Both the position numbers and the translations under genes were made by a program. A model generated the notes under the pieces. The model was not told where the DNA came from, ran no database searches, and saw only the letters and a program-made list of their open reading frames with translations. A stretch of 64,000 nucleotides of DNA from Lama glama (Eukaryota), in assembly GCA_028534125.1 (NCBI GenBank), contig CM052816.1, forward strand, positions 87,546,001 through 87,610,000. The letters are read 5' to 3'. Shown here piece after piece: positions 1-12,682 of this stretch. Numbering within the stretch: the stretch's first letter is position 1; each line of letters starts with the position of its first letter.

Positions 1-1199
1 TCCCTTACAAATCATTGATTCATGATCTACAAAGGTGGCGAGTAAGGAGGATGAAGTTGTTTTAATCTTTAAAAAAAAAACACTTTTAATTTTGGAAACC
101 TTTATCCTTTTATTACTTTTACGATATCATTAAGGTTATTATTTTTGTGGTTATTGATGGGAGCACTAACTGTGTCATTAAGCTATTTGGTAACATTTCA
201 TTGCTAAAAACACTCACAAGAAAATGTGCTTACAAGTTGCGTCTATACCAGCTAAGAGTTCAGCACTTAAGAAACACACTCAATACTTTTTTTAATGTGT
301 GTAGTAAATGTTGCTTATTGAGAATTTATCTAGGCTGGGTGCATCCTTAAGACCGGTTGAAGATTAAATTATAATACTAAGTGACTGTGGCTAAGGGAAG
401 AAGCAATGCCGAGGTGTTTGCAGGAAGAAAGGGGGAGTTTTACGGGGAGCCTGATGGGAGAGACAGGTGACGGATCAGTAAGTGCCCTCTATACCACTCT
501 CACTTCTGGTCCGTGCGTCTCTATTGATGTTTTCCCAGGCTCTGATTAGCCTAGTTTGAGACAGGCGTCTGAACTTTTGACTCAGCCGTCTATAGTTAAG
601 GGACAGAGTCAGGAGCATCAATAAAATCTGTTCATAAATCAATATCTGTCACCCTGTTTAATTTGTGTTTGCATCAACTGCCATTTAGGCACATTTTTAG
701 TTAGAATTTCTATTTTTAATCAGTGTCCCAAGCCACTTCAGAATTATTAAGGTGGGGGAAATGACCAGGTATCTAACCTCTAATCTATATCAAGATATCT
801 GATGGCTTATATAGATGCACATACTATTGATGAGTCTAGTCTCTCAACGAGAGAATTATTAGTCTTATTTCTGATTAAAAAGAAGTAAAATATACATTTA
901 ATTAGTAGTAGAATTTAGTTATTTTTTCCCCTGAAAGCTTGTGTTTTTCCCCCAAAAGATATTAAATCTAATAAAGTACCTTCATGACATACACATTGCC
1001 ATTAGGGAAATTAATCACACTGTGGATGTTTATGTGGCTTGCTTACTATTTAGAATCTAGAACATGGTGCAAATTTTAAGAGAGTCTTCAATTTCTTCTT
1101 TGTATTTCTGACTCTTAGCGGAGTGGTTGACAGTACAGCAGAACCCCATCCCCTTGTTGGAAGCTTGGTGGCCAGAACTGTCATTGAATAGGATGTTCC

Positions 1200-1400
1200 T
1201 TATTCAGGAAGCATATTTGAGTGATCAGTCTGTATAAGGACCTGTGCTCAGGATACAGTGATATGCAAATGGATATGACCCACACTCTTAAGTCTAGTGG
1301 GGGACATGGACAATCATGAGGGCCTACAAGTAAGTGGAAAATCGTAGTGTTGAACATCCTCCGAAGAAAAGTTACACCATGCCATGAATGTCCTCAAGAG
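1200..1400 (-). mobile_element. L2 LINE 3' end fragment (old)
   Basis: ATTCAGGAAGCATATTTGAGTG...CTGTGCTCAGGATACAGTG...CTTAAGTCTAGTGGGGGAC resembles the reverse complement of the L2 3' terminus. Confidence 0.6.
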
Positions 1401-3753
1401 GGCCTTCACAGTCTTACCTAATGATTTCCTGGCAAAAGTAATCATATTGCTTATAGTAATTGAATTTTTCTGATGACTTTTACCTAAGATTCACCTACAA
1501 TTTTAGATTACTTTATCCCATGTTATAAAAATTGCCTGCCAGATGTTACAACAACCAAAACACTACATAATTACCAATTAAAAAATTGGTGCAAAAAACT
1601 TATTAAAATAATATGATCTCTAAATATTTTTTATTCAGTGATTATGGTAGCATGTATTGCTTTGCTGCTTTCCATGTTTTTTGGTGAGTCTGGAGACCCT
1701 GCTTTCATAATAAAGTTGTAAAATGTAAAATTCAGTACAATTATAAAAATTGAGTCTCGATGCCCCAAATCATATAAATTTATTTGCTTAAATTTTAGCA
1801 TTGATATTGTTTGATTACAAGGAAATGAGCTTTTAATAGTATATAAGTATTTGCCTCTTTATATTTATGGAATCATGTAGAATTGTTCTGTTATTTTGCT
1901 AGTGTCTCTACAGAGAGAAAACTCAAAACAATTCTCTACTACATAGACCGATTCTCACAGACCTGGTATTATTGAATAAGGAGATTCTGGCCTAAAGGAT
2001 CTTACATTTTTCTGTATTTTATATAAATTTGCATATTCAGTTATATGCATTACAGTATTTGACCATTTTGTAATCAGTTTCAGAGTGTGAGTATGCAATA
2101 ACTGTTTTTCCTTAGTGCCATGAATCTTCAAAGTAATCTTTATAAGCAAGTGCTCAGGTTCATTGATAGAGAGGTGACACAAGAACTCTGGAGACTGCGT
2201 TCACATAAATTTGCATGAGTAATTTCTAAAGGCACTATTAATAAGTACACTTAATTATCTATGGTTTGGGGGCATCTGTTGAACTTCAGTAAATTAGATA
2301 CCCAGGTAATCTATGCATCTCATTTTTCCTTATAGTTAGAAATAAGCTTCCTAGCAAAAACTGCAAGGCCTATTTTTTTTTCCAGTAAAATCAATTTCAT
2401 TAAAAATATATTAATATGAAATCTATGTTGAAGTTGCTCCTGGATACAAAATTTACCATAACTCAATGAAGAAGTAAAAAGATACAAAGTAATTATTAAT
2501 CAAGCAGGCAATAGCATAGGATGCATATTAACCAAGCGCAGCCCTTTCAAGAATACAGCCTTTTATCAACCTACAACAAAAGGATTAAATGCAAATGACT
2601 TATATTCCAGGAAGAAACTTTAATTTACCAAAAGTTACTGTACTTAAAATTATGATAGGCATGTATGAACAGTAGGATTGTGTTTGTTTAAAAAGAAACA
2701 ATTGTTTATTTTTTGTGAAAACGCTATAAAATGTTCTTAAAAAGGAATGATCCAACTGACAATATAAAATTAAATTGTGCACATGTGACATAGTTTACAT
2801 TCTAAGTGTAGTTACAATTTCAGATGAGCTGGAGGTAGCATAGCAAGCTGGAGTATTGATAGCTGACTTCTTGTGTAAGGGGTTTATGGAAAATGAAAGC
2901 TTGGTTTACACTGAAGAGTATGTCAATCTAAACAGGAAAATGAAACAATGTTCAGAGTCAGAAAGATGAAGATTGCAGCTATCCTGGAGAGAAATTAGGG
3001 GTAAGAGTGGGTTCTAGGCAGGGCTCAGAAATTCCGTACATATGCAATATGATGCGATATTTTGGTATACCTTGAGAATTTGAATTTGGATCTTATTTAT
3101 ATAATTAAAATTGTATTTTTGTAAGTAGTAAAGTAATATGGCAAAATTCAGACCCCATCAAATTTAAGCTGGACATTCAGCCCAGTCATTTGCAATCTTC
3201 CAACACATGATTGGGAAGATTTTTCCATCTTCATTGACTAAAAGCTATCCTTGGTTATGATAATATGCACCACATGGCTGATGACTGATAGCATGATTTT
3301 AAAAAATCAATAATAATTGTCAATCTTAGAAAAGGAAGAGGTGGATTTTCCATCTACATGTATAAAACTGTTTCAGTGAAGGTGGTAAACTACAGAGGAA
3401 GCACACTAGGGGGAACCTATGAAGAGTGTAGAGGCAGTAATCATGGCAAAATAGATACAAAGCAGAGAATTTTTTTTTGTAAGAAATACCAACATGATCC
3501 TAAAAAAGAAAAAAAAAAGGGGGAAATAGTGTAACTGTGTAATTGTCACAGAGACTTCTAGTTATTGACCAAACAATTTTCCTTGGTTTTCTTGACTCAG
3601 TTAGCTTACCTTTCTCAGCTTTTCCATGAATGCTGCATCATGGCTGAATTTCAGCAACCTTGACCCACAAACATCTTCCTCTATTCTCGTTCTTCTCAAT
3701 TCAGGGATATTTTTCCCCCTAGGGGACATTTGACAATATCTGGGAACATTTTT

Positions 3754-3858
3754 AATTAAATCAAATTTAATTTAATTTAATTTAATTTAATTTAATTTTA
3801 GCTTTTATAATTTTGTTTACTCATATAGTTTATTTTATTTATTTTATTTTATTTTTAT
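3754..3858. repeat. (TTTAA)n and (TTTTA)n tracts derived from the L1 poly(A) tail
   Basis: Directly visible pentanucleotide runs separated by about 28 nt of non-repeat sequence. Confidence 0.9.
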
Positions 3859-4267
3859 TGAAATATAGTCAGTTTACAATGTTGTATCAATTTCTGGTGT
3901 ACAGCATGTTTCAATCATACATATACATACGTATATTTGTTTTCATATTCTTTTTCATTGTAGGTTACTACAAGATATTGAATGTAGTTGTTGTTTATCT
4001 ATTTTATATATAGTAGTTAGTATCTGCAAATCTTGAACTTCCAATTTATCCTTTTCCACTCCCTTTCCCCCTTGCTAACCATAAGTTTGTTTTCTATGTC
4101 TATGAGTCTGTTTCTGTTTTGTAAATAAGTTCATTTCTATCTTTTTTTTTATTTTTTAGATTCCACATATGAGTGATATCAAATGGTCTTTTTCTTTCTC
4201 TTTCTGGCTTACTTCACTTAGTATAATGAGTTCCAGTTCCACCCATGTTGCTGCAAATGGCATTATT
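3754..4267 (-). mobile_element. Young 5'-truncated L1 (3' UTR, cetartiodactyl/camelid-type) with microsatellite-converted tail
   Basis: TTTTATTGAAATATAGTCAGTTTACAATGTTG...CCATAAGTTTGTTTTCTATGTCTATGAGTCTGTTTCTGTTTTG is an antisense L1 3' UTR. It is highly similar to the copies at 21870 and 41000 and is flanked by ACATTTTT at 3746-3753 and 4272-4279. Confidence 0.9.
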
Positions 4268-4779
4268 GGTGACATTTTTGATAGTTACTCTGGGACGTGA
4301 GCTACTTGTCTAGACAGTAAAGGTCAGAGATTTTGCAAAACATTCTACAATATCAGAACAGTCCTCATAACAAAAAAAATATGATCCAAAATAATAGTAG
4401 TACTGAAGCTGAACAAGGCTGCTCTCTTCTATCTTCTCGACTACTTCCAATATATTTGATATCTAGAACAAACTTGGAAGCCAGGTGTTAAGAAATGTAT
4501 AAGAAAAAAGTAAGTATCAATTGTGTTTCTGTCATTACACACTTTAAAAATATGTTAAGTCTAATAGTAATCGTAACTTAATTAATGGAGAACTAGATTA
4601 ACGTATTGATATTCACAGGAGTATCTAAGCTGCTTCTTCCAGTGGAAGGTAGCTGAAGTAAGAACTTTAAAAAAAAAAAAAAGAATTATAAACCTACTAC
4701 AACACTAAGTAAAGATTCTACTTGTTTCACAATTTTGACTTTTAACTTTGAATGATTCTTAGAGTATTGCAATGAGAAG

Positions 4780-5230
4780 TGGAAGGAAATAAGCCCCCAC
4801 AGTACCAAGGATAGTGCAAATTAAAATTGAAAAGTCTGCAGTTTACTTTAAAAATATTTCAAAACCTTAAAAAGATGTGTAGTCCAGTTGGAATTTATAT
4901 GAAGGAAAGATGTGTGAACTTAGTAGTATTTATCATAGAAAATGCCTTATAAAATACCACAATTTCTGAAAATAAGATAGTTTGATAACCCCAATGGTAT
5001 ATATCAATATAATGAAATATTTTCAATAATTAAATATTTTAAAACAACCTATCATATAGAAATATATATAAGTAAGCTAGAAAGGATTTATAATCCAAGG
5101 AGAGAGCAGTGGTTATTTCTGGATGGTGAAACAGTGAAGTTTTCAATTTTTAAAGCTATTATTCTTACATTCTTATCTCTATTTCCTGAATGTTATTTTG
5201 GTAATCGTAAAATCTTATTGTAGAAAAATC
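4780..5230 (+). mobile_element. Ancient L1 (L1ME-like) 3' fragment
   Basis: A-rich sense L1 motifs such as ATGGTATATATCAATATAATGAAATATT and CAGTGGTTATTTCTGG. Confidence 0.5.
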
Positions 5231-5645
5231 GGTTTTAAAATGCTGCTGTGTCTACATCCTGCTCTAAGTATGGGAGCTCAGAAAAGTTCTGCAGGACTTC
5301 CCTTACAGTGCCACCCACTAGTGTTCATTTCACTTTGGAAATTTTTCTTGCATTTTTCCCTTGTGCTTAACTCCTGACACAGATATGATGGTTGGTTGTC
5401 ATATTAAAAGGCGGAGAAATAGCTTAATTAATAGTGAAAACCAATGCTTGGAAGAATTGGAGAGGTGATATAATCAAACGTAATAATGTACAGTCTCCTA
5501 CACTACTTCATAATTCTGACCTCTTTCTTCACCACGACAGACTTCCTTTATGTCAGGAATAGGTTCAACTGCTCCTAACACAAGTCCCAAATCACAGTGG
5601 CTCACAAAACAGAGAATGTGTTTTTATCACATAAGAAGAAATCTT

Positions 5646-6003
5646 GTTCATCCATGTTGTCACAAATGGCAGGATGCCCTTCTTTTAAGGCTGAATAATA
5701 GTCTATTATGTGTGTATATATACACACACACCATTTTTGTTATACATTCATCTATTGATGGACACTTGTGTTGTTTCCATATCTTGGCTATTGTGAATAA
5801 TTGTGCAATTAACATGAAAATACAGATAATCTCTTTGTGATCCTAATTTTAATTCTCTTGGATAGATACCCAGAAGTGAGACTCCTGGATCATATGGTAG
5901 TTACATTTTTAATTTTTACAAACTTTCATACAGCTTTCCATAGATGCTGCAATATTTCACATCCTACCAACAGTGTACAAGGGTTCCCGTGTCTCTATAT
6001 CCT
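5646..6003 (-). mobile_element. Inverted 5' segment of an L1MA9/L1MB-like insertion (ORF2 C-terminal region)
   Basis: GTTCATCCATGTTGTCACAAATGGCAGG...CATTCATCTATTGATGGACAC...GGATCATATGGTAGTT is antisense L1 ORF2 3' sequence. Confidence 0.85.
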
Positions 6004-6608
6004 CTTGAACACTTATGCTAAGTGAAATAAGCCAGTCACAGAAGGACAAATACTACATAATTCCACTTACATAAGGTATCTAAAATAGTCAAACACAGAA
6101 ATGATGAGAATGCAATAGTGGCTGCCAGGGGCTGGTGGGTGAAGGAATTGGAGAGTTGTTGTTCAGTTGGTGTAAACTTTCAGTTATTCTAGTTGATAAA
6201 GTCCTAGAGATCTGCTAAAAAACATGGTGTTTAGAGTTAGCAATACTGCATTGTGTAATTCAATTTTTATTAAAAGGGTAAATCTTAATGTTAAATGTTC
6301 TTACCACACACACATGCACACATACACACACACACACAAATCAACAACCACCAAGAAAAAAACAGAAAAAAGAGACACAAGAAAACTTTGTGAATTGTTG
6401 AAAATGTTTATTACCTTGATTGTGGCGATGGTATCACCTGTGTTTGCATATATCCAAACTCATCAGTTTGTATACCTTAACTATGTGCCGTTCTTTGTCT
6501 ATAAATTATACGTCAATAAACTGTTAAGGGAAGAAAGAGGAGGAGAGAAAGGGGAGGAGAGGGGGGAGGAAAAGGAGTAAGAAGAAGGAAAAGAAAGAGA
6601 CAGAGGAT
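6004..6608 (+). mobile_element. Sense 3' segment of the same L1, with a purine-rich decayed tail
   Basis: TTATGCTAAGTGAAATAAGCCAGTCACAGAAGGACAAATAC...ATAAATTATACGTCAATAAACTG, followed by an A/G-only tract at about 6526-6605. Internal (CA)n at about 6305-6338. Confidence 0.85.
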
Positions 6609-8769
6609 CAATCTGGAAGGGTGTGGTGATCTAGTTTTGGTTCTGGGCTAAATGTTGAAATGAAGAGCCGGCAACAGCCATCGCATTTTTGCCCTTATGA
6701 TTGATTTCATGATACCAGCTCTTACACTGCAGTCAATCTGCAAGTGATAAAGAGGAAGGCAAAAGGCAAAAGAATGAGTCTGTATCATTTAGAAAAATTC
6801 TCAGTGGGAAACAGCAAGTCCCAGTGACTTCTGCTTACATTTTATTGATCGGATGTGGATCACATGGCCACCTTTAGTTGTAAAAACAAGCGGGGAATGT
6901 AGCTTTTTGGCTGCAGATGTTGCTACCTTAAACTTGCTTAGTAAGGAGGAAGGGAAGAATATATATTGGGTGGGTGACTGGCTGTATCTGCCACAAATAC
7001 GTATATTCTGAATCTGTAAGACCTTTACTTTTCTCAGCTTGTCTTGCTCCTGTCCAGCTCTACCTTAACAATGCTCTCATTTGAATTTGGATATGTTTGT
7101 AACTATGTAAAACTATTAGTGTTTGCCGCAGTTTGGGGAGAGGGAGAAAGCCAACATTTCTTAGCTCATTTAGCACTGGATCCCAGGTTGAAGTTTTATC
7201 CTACAGGCTACAAAAATAACTGTGTTTTGACCAATCCACAGATCTGTTTAAGGAGAAACCATATTAGTATGCTGTGTTTGAGAATGGATTCTTAATGAAA
7301 CATGGCTAAAGGGGGAAATGTCATTTTATTTTCATCAGTCAGAGGAAAAGAGCGAGTGTTATGATGACACATTTGCAAACCCACAGCTGTAATGAATCCT
7401 GGTGCCTCAACATAAACTGAAGCCTAGCATTATTGAAAGATGCTGAGGGACCTAAAATATAAATACAAAATCAAACTTCAAGAGAGAGATTGAGGAAAAA
7501 AAGGAGAGAGTAGGAGAAGAAAGGGGAGAGTGGAGATACAGCAGAAAGGACAGAGAGGGACAGAAAAGTGAGCAGAGGCTCCAAAACGGAGACAAAGGAG
7601 AAAACTGAGAGAAACAATGTCATAAAAGAGCATAAAGGAAACCACCTCTAATTATAGAAGTAAAGTTACAAAGATGAGATTCAAAGCCGATAATAAAATA
7701 AGTTAGAAAGATTAAACAGTGCAATTTAAATGACGAATAAAAGGGAAACTGTTCAATTTTTATTGAAAAAAATAGCGTTTCATATTTGCTGAACAGTTAT
7801 GGATCTTTAAAACCATGAATGATTTGAGGAATTAAAGTAGTTTCTTAAATGTTCTTGCTCTTATAATACAGAGAATGAAATAATCGCTTTGATATTAAGT
7901 GCATTTCTGTCTCATTTCCTGATACAACCTCCAGGTACATTTGAATAGGAAAAGATGCAAAATCGAATGAAGCAAGTTCCTGGCAGTGGTAATTGTCAAT
8001 ACGCACATCAGGCACAGGAGATGTCTACTCATCTTTAGAGTATACTTCAAAACTTCTGAGCAAATAAGTAAACAGGTTCTTAAACTTTTATGAAGCTTTT
8101 AATCATTATGTTGGAGGCCGTGGTAAAAACAAAACAAAACAAAACAGTTCATTCTGGGCACTCTGGCACTTGTCCTGCTAAGAAGGTGACAGTTCATAAT
8201 CACCCAATTAGGCAGTATCACTTAGAACATTAGAGCAGCAGCCACTGTGATGTAGATCAGAATGGACAGTTCCTAGCACACACAGCTGCAGGTTTCAGGA
8301 GGTGGACCAAAAGAGCCCAGGGCCCAATGGGCCTGCAGCATGTCACTGTCAGGCTGCTTAGTCCTAACTCTAGGTGGTGAAAACTTGCCAAAAAAAGCAT
8401 CTCCCACTAATCTCATTGCTTAAGACAAATGACAACTTGAAATATAGCTCCAATGTATCTTCTTATTAATATTTACTTTCAATTCACACATATCCACAAA
8501 GACCAGACTGTAGAAATTGAAGAGGAAGAGGGAGGTGATAATTCATTGAGAAATCACCAGAGAGTCTGAATTAACACAGCTAAAACCCTTAACTAGAGGG
8601 AGTTCGTTCCTAAGTAAAATGCCAAAATACGTAAGTATGTTTCTTTTCTTCACAGAGGCATGAAATCCTCTTTGAAGTGCCCTCCAAAAAAGAAAAAGTG
8701 CATATTATTTAACTCTGAAGTATCCATTGCATATTCCATGTAGAAGGACCCATGCGTGCAAGCATCCTA

Positions 8770-9860
8770 TTATAGCAGGAGAGGAGAGGGCATGGCATGG
8801 CCAGTGCACAGAATGGTTGACCAGCTGAAGTGAGTCAGAGAAAATAACAGAATATGCAGAGTCTTGTGGGCCAAATTAAACAGTTTGTTGTTTAAGAGCC
8901 AGAGGAAATCACTCATTTTTATAATTTTTATACAAAATGATTTATTTAGTGTGTATGTGTACATAGCTATGATACACACATTAATTATTAACTTATTTGC
9001 CATTGATGAGTTTTAGATCATTTGTATGGCCAAATTTTTGTTAGAAAAATGTCACAATGGATGATGTTTGTTGAACACACAGAAGGTGAGTGGGAATCAG
9101 TTAAGAATGGCCTACTTAGGACATTCTGGCAGTGGCCTAGATAAGAAATGGTTGAGGCCAGCCAAGGGTGAGAGCAGAAAGAGAGAATGCATACAAAGCC
9201 GCTAGGATTATACATAAAATTGACGGAACTCGAATATAGGTTAAGCATGAGTGGTGACTGAGAGGAGGGTGTTCAGAATTTGTCCCAAGTGCATGACCTG
9301 TAAAATTGCATTTTAATACAAATTCCATTTTCTAAGAAATATTAAAGGAATATCAGATTTGAGAGATTTGATCTGAGTTTAGTCCTTGAGATGTGTTTTG
9401 AGGTACCTTAAAGGCATATGTGTAGAGATGTGGATGGTGAGCTGTGGAAGGATGAGTCAGAAGACATCTGGGCAGGAGGTTTAAAACTGAGTCAGTTAGT
9501 GATGATGAGGTCGCCTAAATAGAGCGTGTATTACAGAAGAGAAATAGCTCAAAGATTAAGCCGAGCAACCTCAGCGTTAAGTAACTGATTGAAAGAAGAA
9601 AGAGCAAAGACTGAGAAAGGACTTCCTAAGAGCTGCTAGGAAAAATAGAAGTATTGGGTTAAAGACAAATAGTTTGGGGGAAAAAAAAAAGGAGACGGTT
9701 CAGATAACTGACAATTACCAGAGAGAACAAGAAGATAAATGAGGGGAAAAAAGCAAACCAGATTTATGAAATTTAGCATCATGAGGTATCTGGTTGCCTT
9801 GGTGTGAAGACATCGTTCTATAGTGGGATTAGCCATTTGTCCAACTGATAAAACCCTGTA
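8770..9860 (-). mobile_element. L2 LINE fragments
   Basis: Purine-rich antisense L2-type sequence, e.g. GCAGAGTCTTGTGGGCC, GATAAGAAATGGTTGAGGCC, GATTTATGAAATTTAGCATCATGAGGT. Confidence 0.6.
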
Positions 9861-11384
9861 GGTGCAGACATCCCCTAAGTGAGGTTTTTCTTTAGGCAGG
9901 AGGAGAGAGACATGTATCTGAAAAGGGGATATTTGTTTAAGGAGATTTTCCCTAAGATGAGGAAGACTCATCCATTAAAAACAGTGATAGAAATTATCTT
10001 ATAAGAAGAAGAAGTGGAAAATATATGAGAAAAAGGTAATAATCCAAAGCATAATGTTGCTGAGAAGACAGAATTAGGTGGGAACCAGAGCCCAAAAGTA
10101 AGAGAGATACGTCCTTCCAGACACCATTGCCTGGGTAAAGAGAACGTTTCAAATTAAAAATCAAATGAAACCTAAAAGTAACAGTATCCACATGATATAT
10201 TATGAATACCTTTTCAGACTGCCTCAACCTCAAGAACTAGCGTGTAACTGAAATTTCTCTAACGTGTTCATTTTTTTTGTTATTGTCATTAATTATATCT
10301 TTAAATAAAGCATATACAAATCTGCCATATGCCATGAGCTGTGACTTCTAATTTGTCCAAATATTCTAAGTTTCCAACTTTCATGTATATAATTTAGCAT
10401 AATATTTATAATAGCTAAACATATTTAAGATGTATAAGTTTTTGAAGATAACCTTGGGATATTGAGTGACTCATTCAAATAGTGTAGAAATCAAGTTAAT
10501 CAGTTTTAAACAATCATTTATTTTGAATTATGCTAAAAAACCTACTGCTCATTTCTAAAATTTGTAATCTATATTGTGCTAAGTTACTTTTTTACTTTTT
10601 AAGTAATGCAAAATGAGCATCTAAAAACATTTCCCTTAATTCCTAGAGGCAACATTTCATCAAAACCCAGGTTGAATTTCTCTGAATTCAGTACATAATC
10701 CAGATACTATTATGGCTCAGAGCATCGGTGATCCCTGTCTCTTAATTTTGAATATAATTCAACCCTTAATATTCATCAAATACAAGTCCACTCACATCAA
10801 AAGCAGGGCCAACTGTTGTTGATTTATCTTTTGACAATTTTATGAGGAGAAAGAGGAGACAATGTATATTGCATGCTGTACACAAACAACAAAGCCCATT
10901 GGATATTTCTCTCTGTGCGAAATCACTACTTTGGCTCGCATTCTCTGATGGGTATACCATCTGTCTGGCTCTATCTCTTACACGCCTGTTCTCCAGTGTT
11001 TTTGCTTCAACTGCTTCTCTTACATTCTTCTCCCACAGAGTTTGGGAAATAAAATTTTTAGCTCCTCAAATTGCTTTCCCTATGGGAAGCATAACTAAAA
11101 CAGTATATACAATCCATATATCGAGAAGACTGCAGAAAGACATCCTTTTGCTGTGCGAATTGTGTGGCCAGGAGCTGTGGCTGACTGGGTGAATGGATGA
11201 TGGTGACGGGAAGCCAGCCATGGTTTAGTTCCAGCCATCCTGTATCAGTGCCCATAGTTTCATTGAAAGGTGGTGAGTTCCAAGAAACTCTTCTGTGAGT
11301 AATATTGCATATCATATGGACATTTAGCTACATTGAAATTAATTCCATTTAAACAAAATCTAAGATATTCTTGTTAAATTTGTG

Positions 11385-11580
11385 GCAGAGTGGTTAGAAC
11401 ACTTATTTGAACTACCTAGAATTGCAACCCACTTATATAACCTTAGAGAAACTGTTTAAGCTGTCCATTGCTTAATTTTCTCACCAATGGAATGAGGCAG
11501 GAACATTACACAGCTGGTGGTGGTTAAAGAGAAAATTGATGTGAAGAATGCAGTAAATAACCAATTATTGTTATTATCAC
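11385..11580 (+). mobile_element. MIR SINE
   Basis: GGCAGAGTGGTTAGAAC...AACCTTAGAGAAACTGTTTAAGCTGTCCATTGCTTAATTTTCTCACC follows the MIR core layout. Confidence 0.65.
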
Positions 11581-11779
11581 TATTGTTGAGAAAAATACAG
11601 TATCTCCATAGATAAAAGGTAATTATTAATAACATATCAATGTTTATAAGCAAATGCTGGGATCATGTTGTGTATATTAGCATATATTTAGATGAATTCA
11701 AAACTCAAAAGGTATTGCTGAAGTATTAAAAGCTGTTAAATACTTATATTTTAATGCCTTTTAACATTATGTTAACATA

Positions 11780-11895
11780 CGTTGATCAGTGTACTGAAAA
11801 GAACTTTATGTACTACAGTTCTACCTTCTTACTTTAAAAATGAAGACACCAAAGGCCAGATCATTTACATAACTTGTCCAAGTTCACAGAGCTGT
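11780..11895 (-). mobile_element. MIR fragment
   Basis: CTTTAAAAATGAAGACACCAAAGGCCAGA...TAACTTGTCCAAGTTCACAGAGCT matches the antisense MIR core. Confidence 0.6.
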
Positions 11896-12130
11896 ATAAA
11901 AAAAAGTCCTTAGGAAATAAGATATATAGCAAGTTATAAAATGGTGAAATATGACCAAAATGAGAAATTGCTCAATTAGTTTGTAGTTCTATATGTAATT
12001 GTGTTATTTGCAAAATACTAAATAGCCAGAAACCTACTTAAAAAAATTGAATGTGATAGATTTAACATTTTTATCCTGGAAATTTGCTATAATAATTCTT
12101 AAAAGTCAAAAACTTTAACTAATAACAAAT

Positions 12131-12682
12131 TGTTACCCCAAAGTGGGAAAGGAAAAGGCCCCAGTTCTTGTCTTACCTTGAAAACTAGAATTCAGACAGG
12201 AGACCAAAGCATTGTGTAGCAAAAGATTTTAAAGGTTTTATTAGCAAAAGGAAGGCAAACCTCTAAGAACGGGAGGCGGGCTGATCCAAGGGAGGGAAAG
12301 CAGTGGTTCTTGTCTCCCCTTTCTCTTGCAGCCTCGGTTAGAGGTGGTGTCTTGACTGATTGGTGGCTCTTGCCCCTGGAGTGCTTAGTCATGTTTGGTC
12401 CCTGTGTGCATATCCTTACCCATGGTGTACACAGGAGAACCCATGGGGGTGCCTAAACCTCAATGCTAATTATATTATAATGAATATTGGATAACGTCCA
12501 GTTAGGTCCTTGGTGCTACCACGCAGTTGCGGCTGTTGGGTTCTACCTGGGTGCTTGCTGGCACTCATTTAGAGGAAGTAAAGCACCTTTATGTGGAAGG
12601 TGGGCACACTGCCATCTTCTGGACCATCCTCCCTCTCCTCCACCTATCTGCCCAGTGCCCTCACTTACCTAACTACCTAACA
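12131..12682 (-). mobile_element. ERV1-class solo LTR (552 bp)
   Basis: TGTTA...TAACA termini, perfect 4-bp TSD AAAT (12127-12130 / 12683-12686), AATAAA on the minus strand near 12237-12242, GC content above the flanks. Confidence 0.9.

Larger units (their letters stand above)
3688..4421 (+). mobile_element. MER20 (hAT-Charlie DNA transposon), split by an L1 insertion
   Basis: Left half TTCTCAA...CCCCCTAGGGGACATTTGACAATATCTGGGAACATTTTT (3688-3753). Right half ACATTTTTG...GGTCAGAGATTTTGCAAAACATTCTACAAT...GTACTGAAGCTGAACAAGGCTG (4272-4421). Together they follow the MER20 consensus colinearly. Confidence 0.8.
5550..6995 (-). mobile_element. MaLR LTR (MLT1J/K-like), interrupted by an L1 at about 5646-6608
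   Basis: Reverse strand begins TGTGGCAGATACAGCCAGTCACCCACCCAATAT. Contains GATCACATGGCCACCTTTAGTTGTAA...GGGAATGTAG. The two halves join as CACATAAGAAGAAATCT|GGAAGG. Confidence 0.75.

Noticed and set aside
3754..3858. Regular short repeats as a CRISPR-like or functional array
   Set aside because: Simple pentanucleotide microsatellites derived from an L1 tail, with no repeat-spacer architecture.
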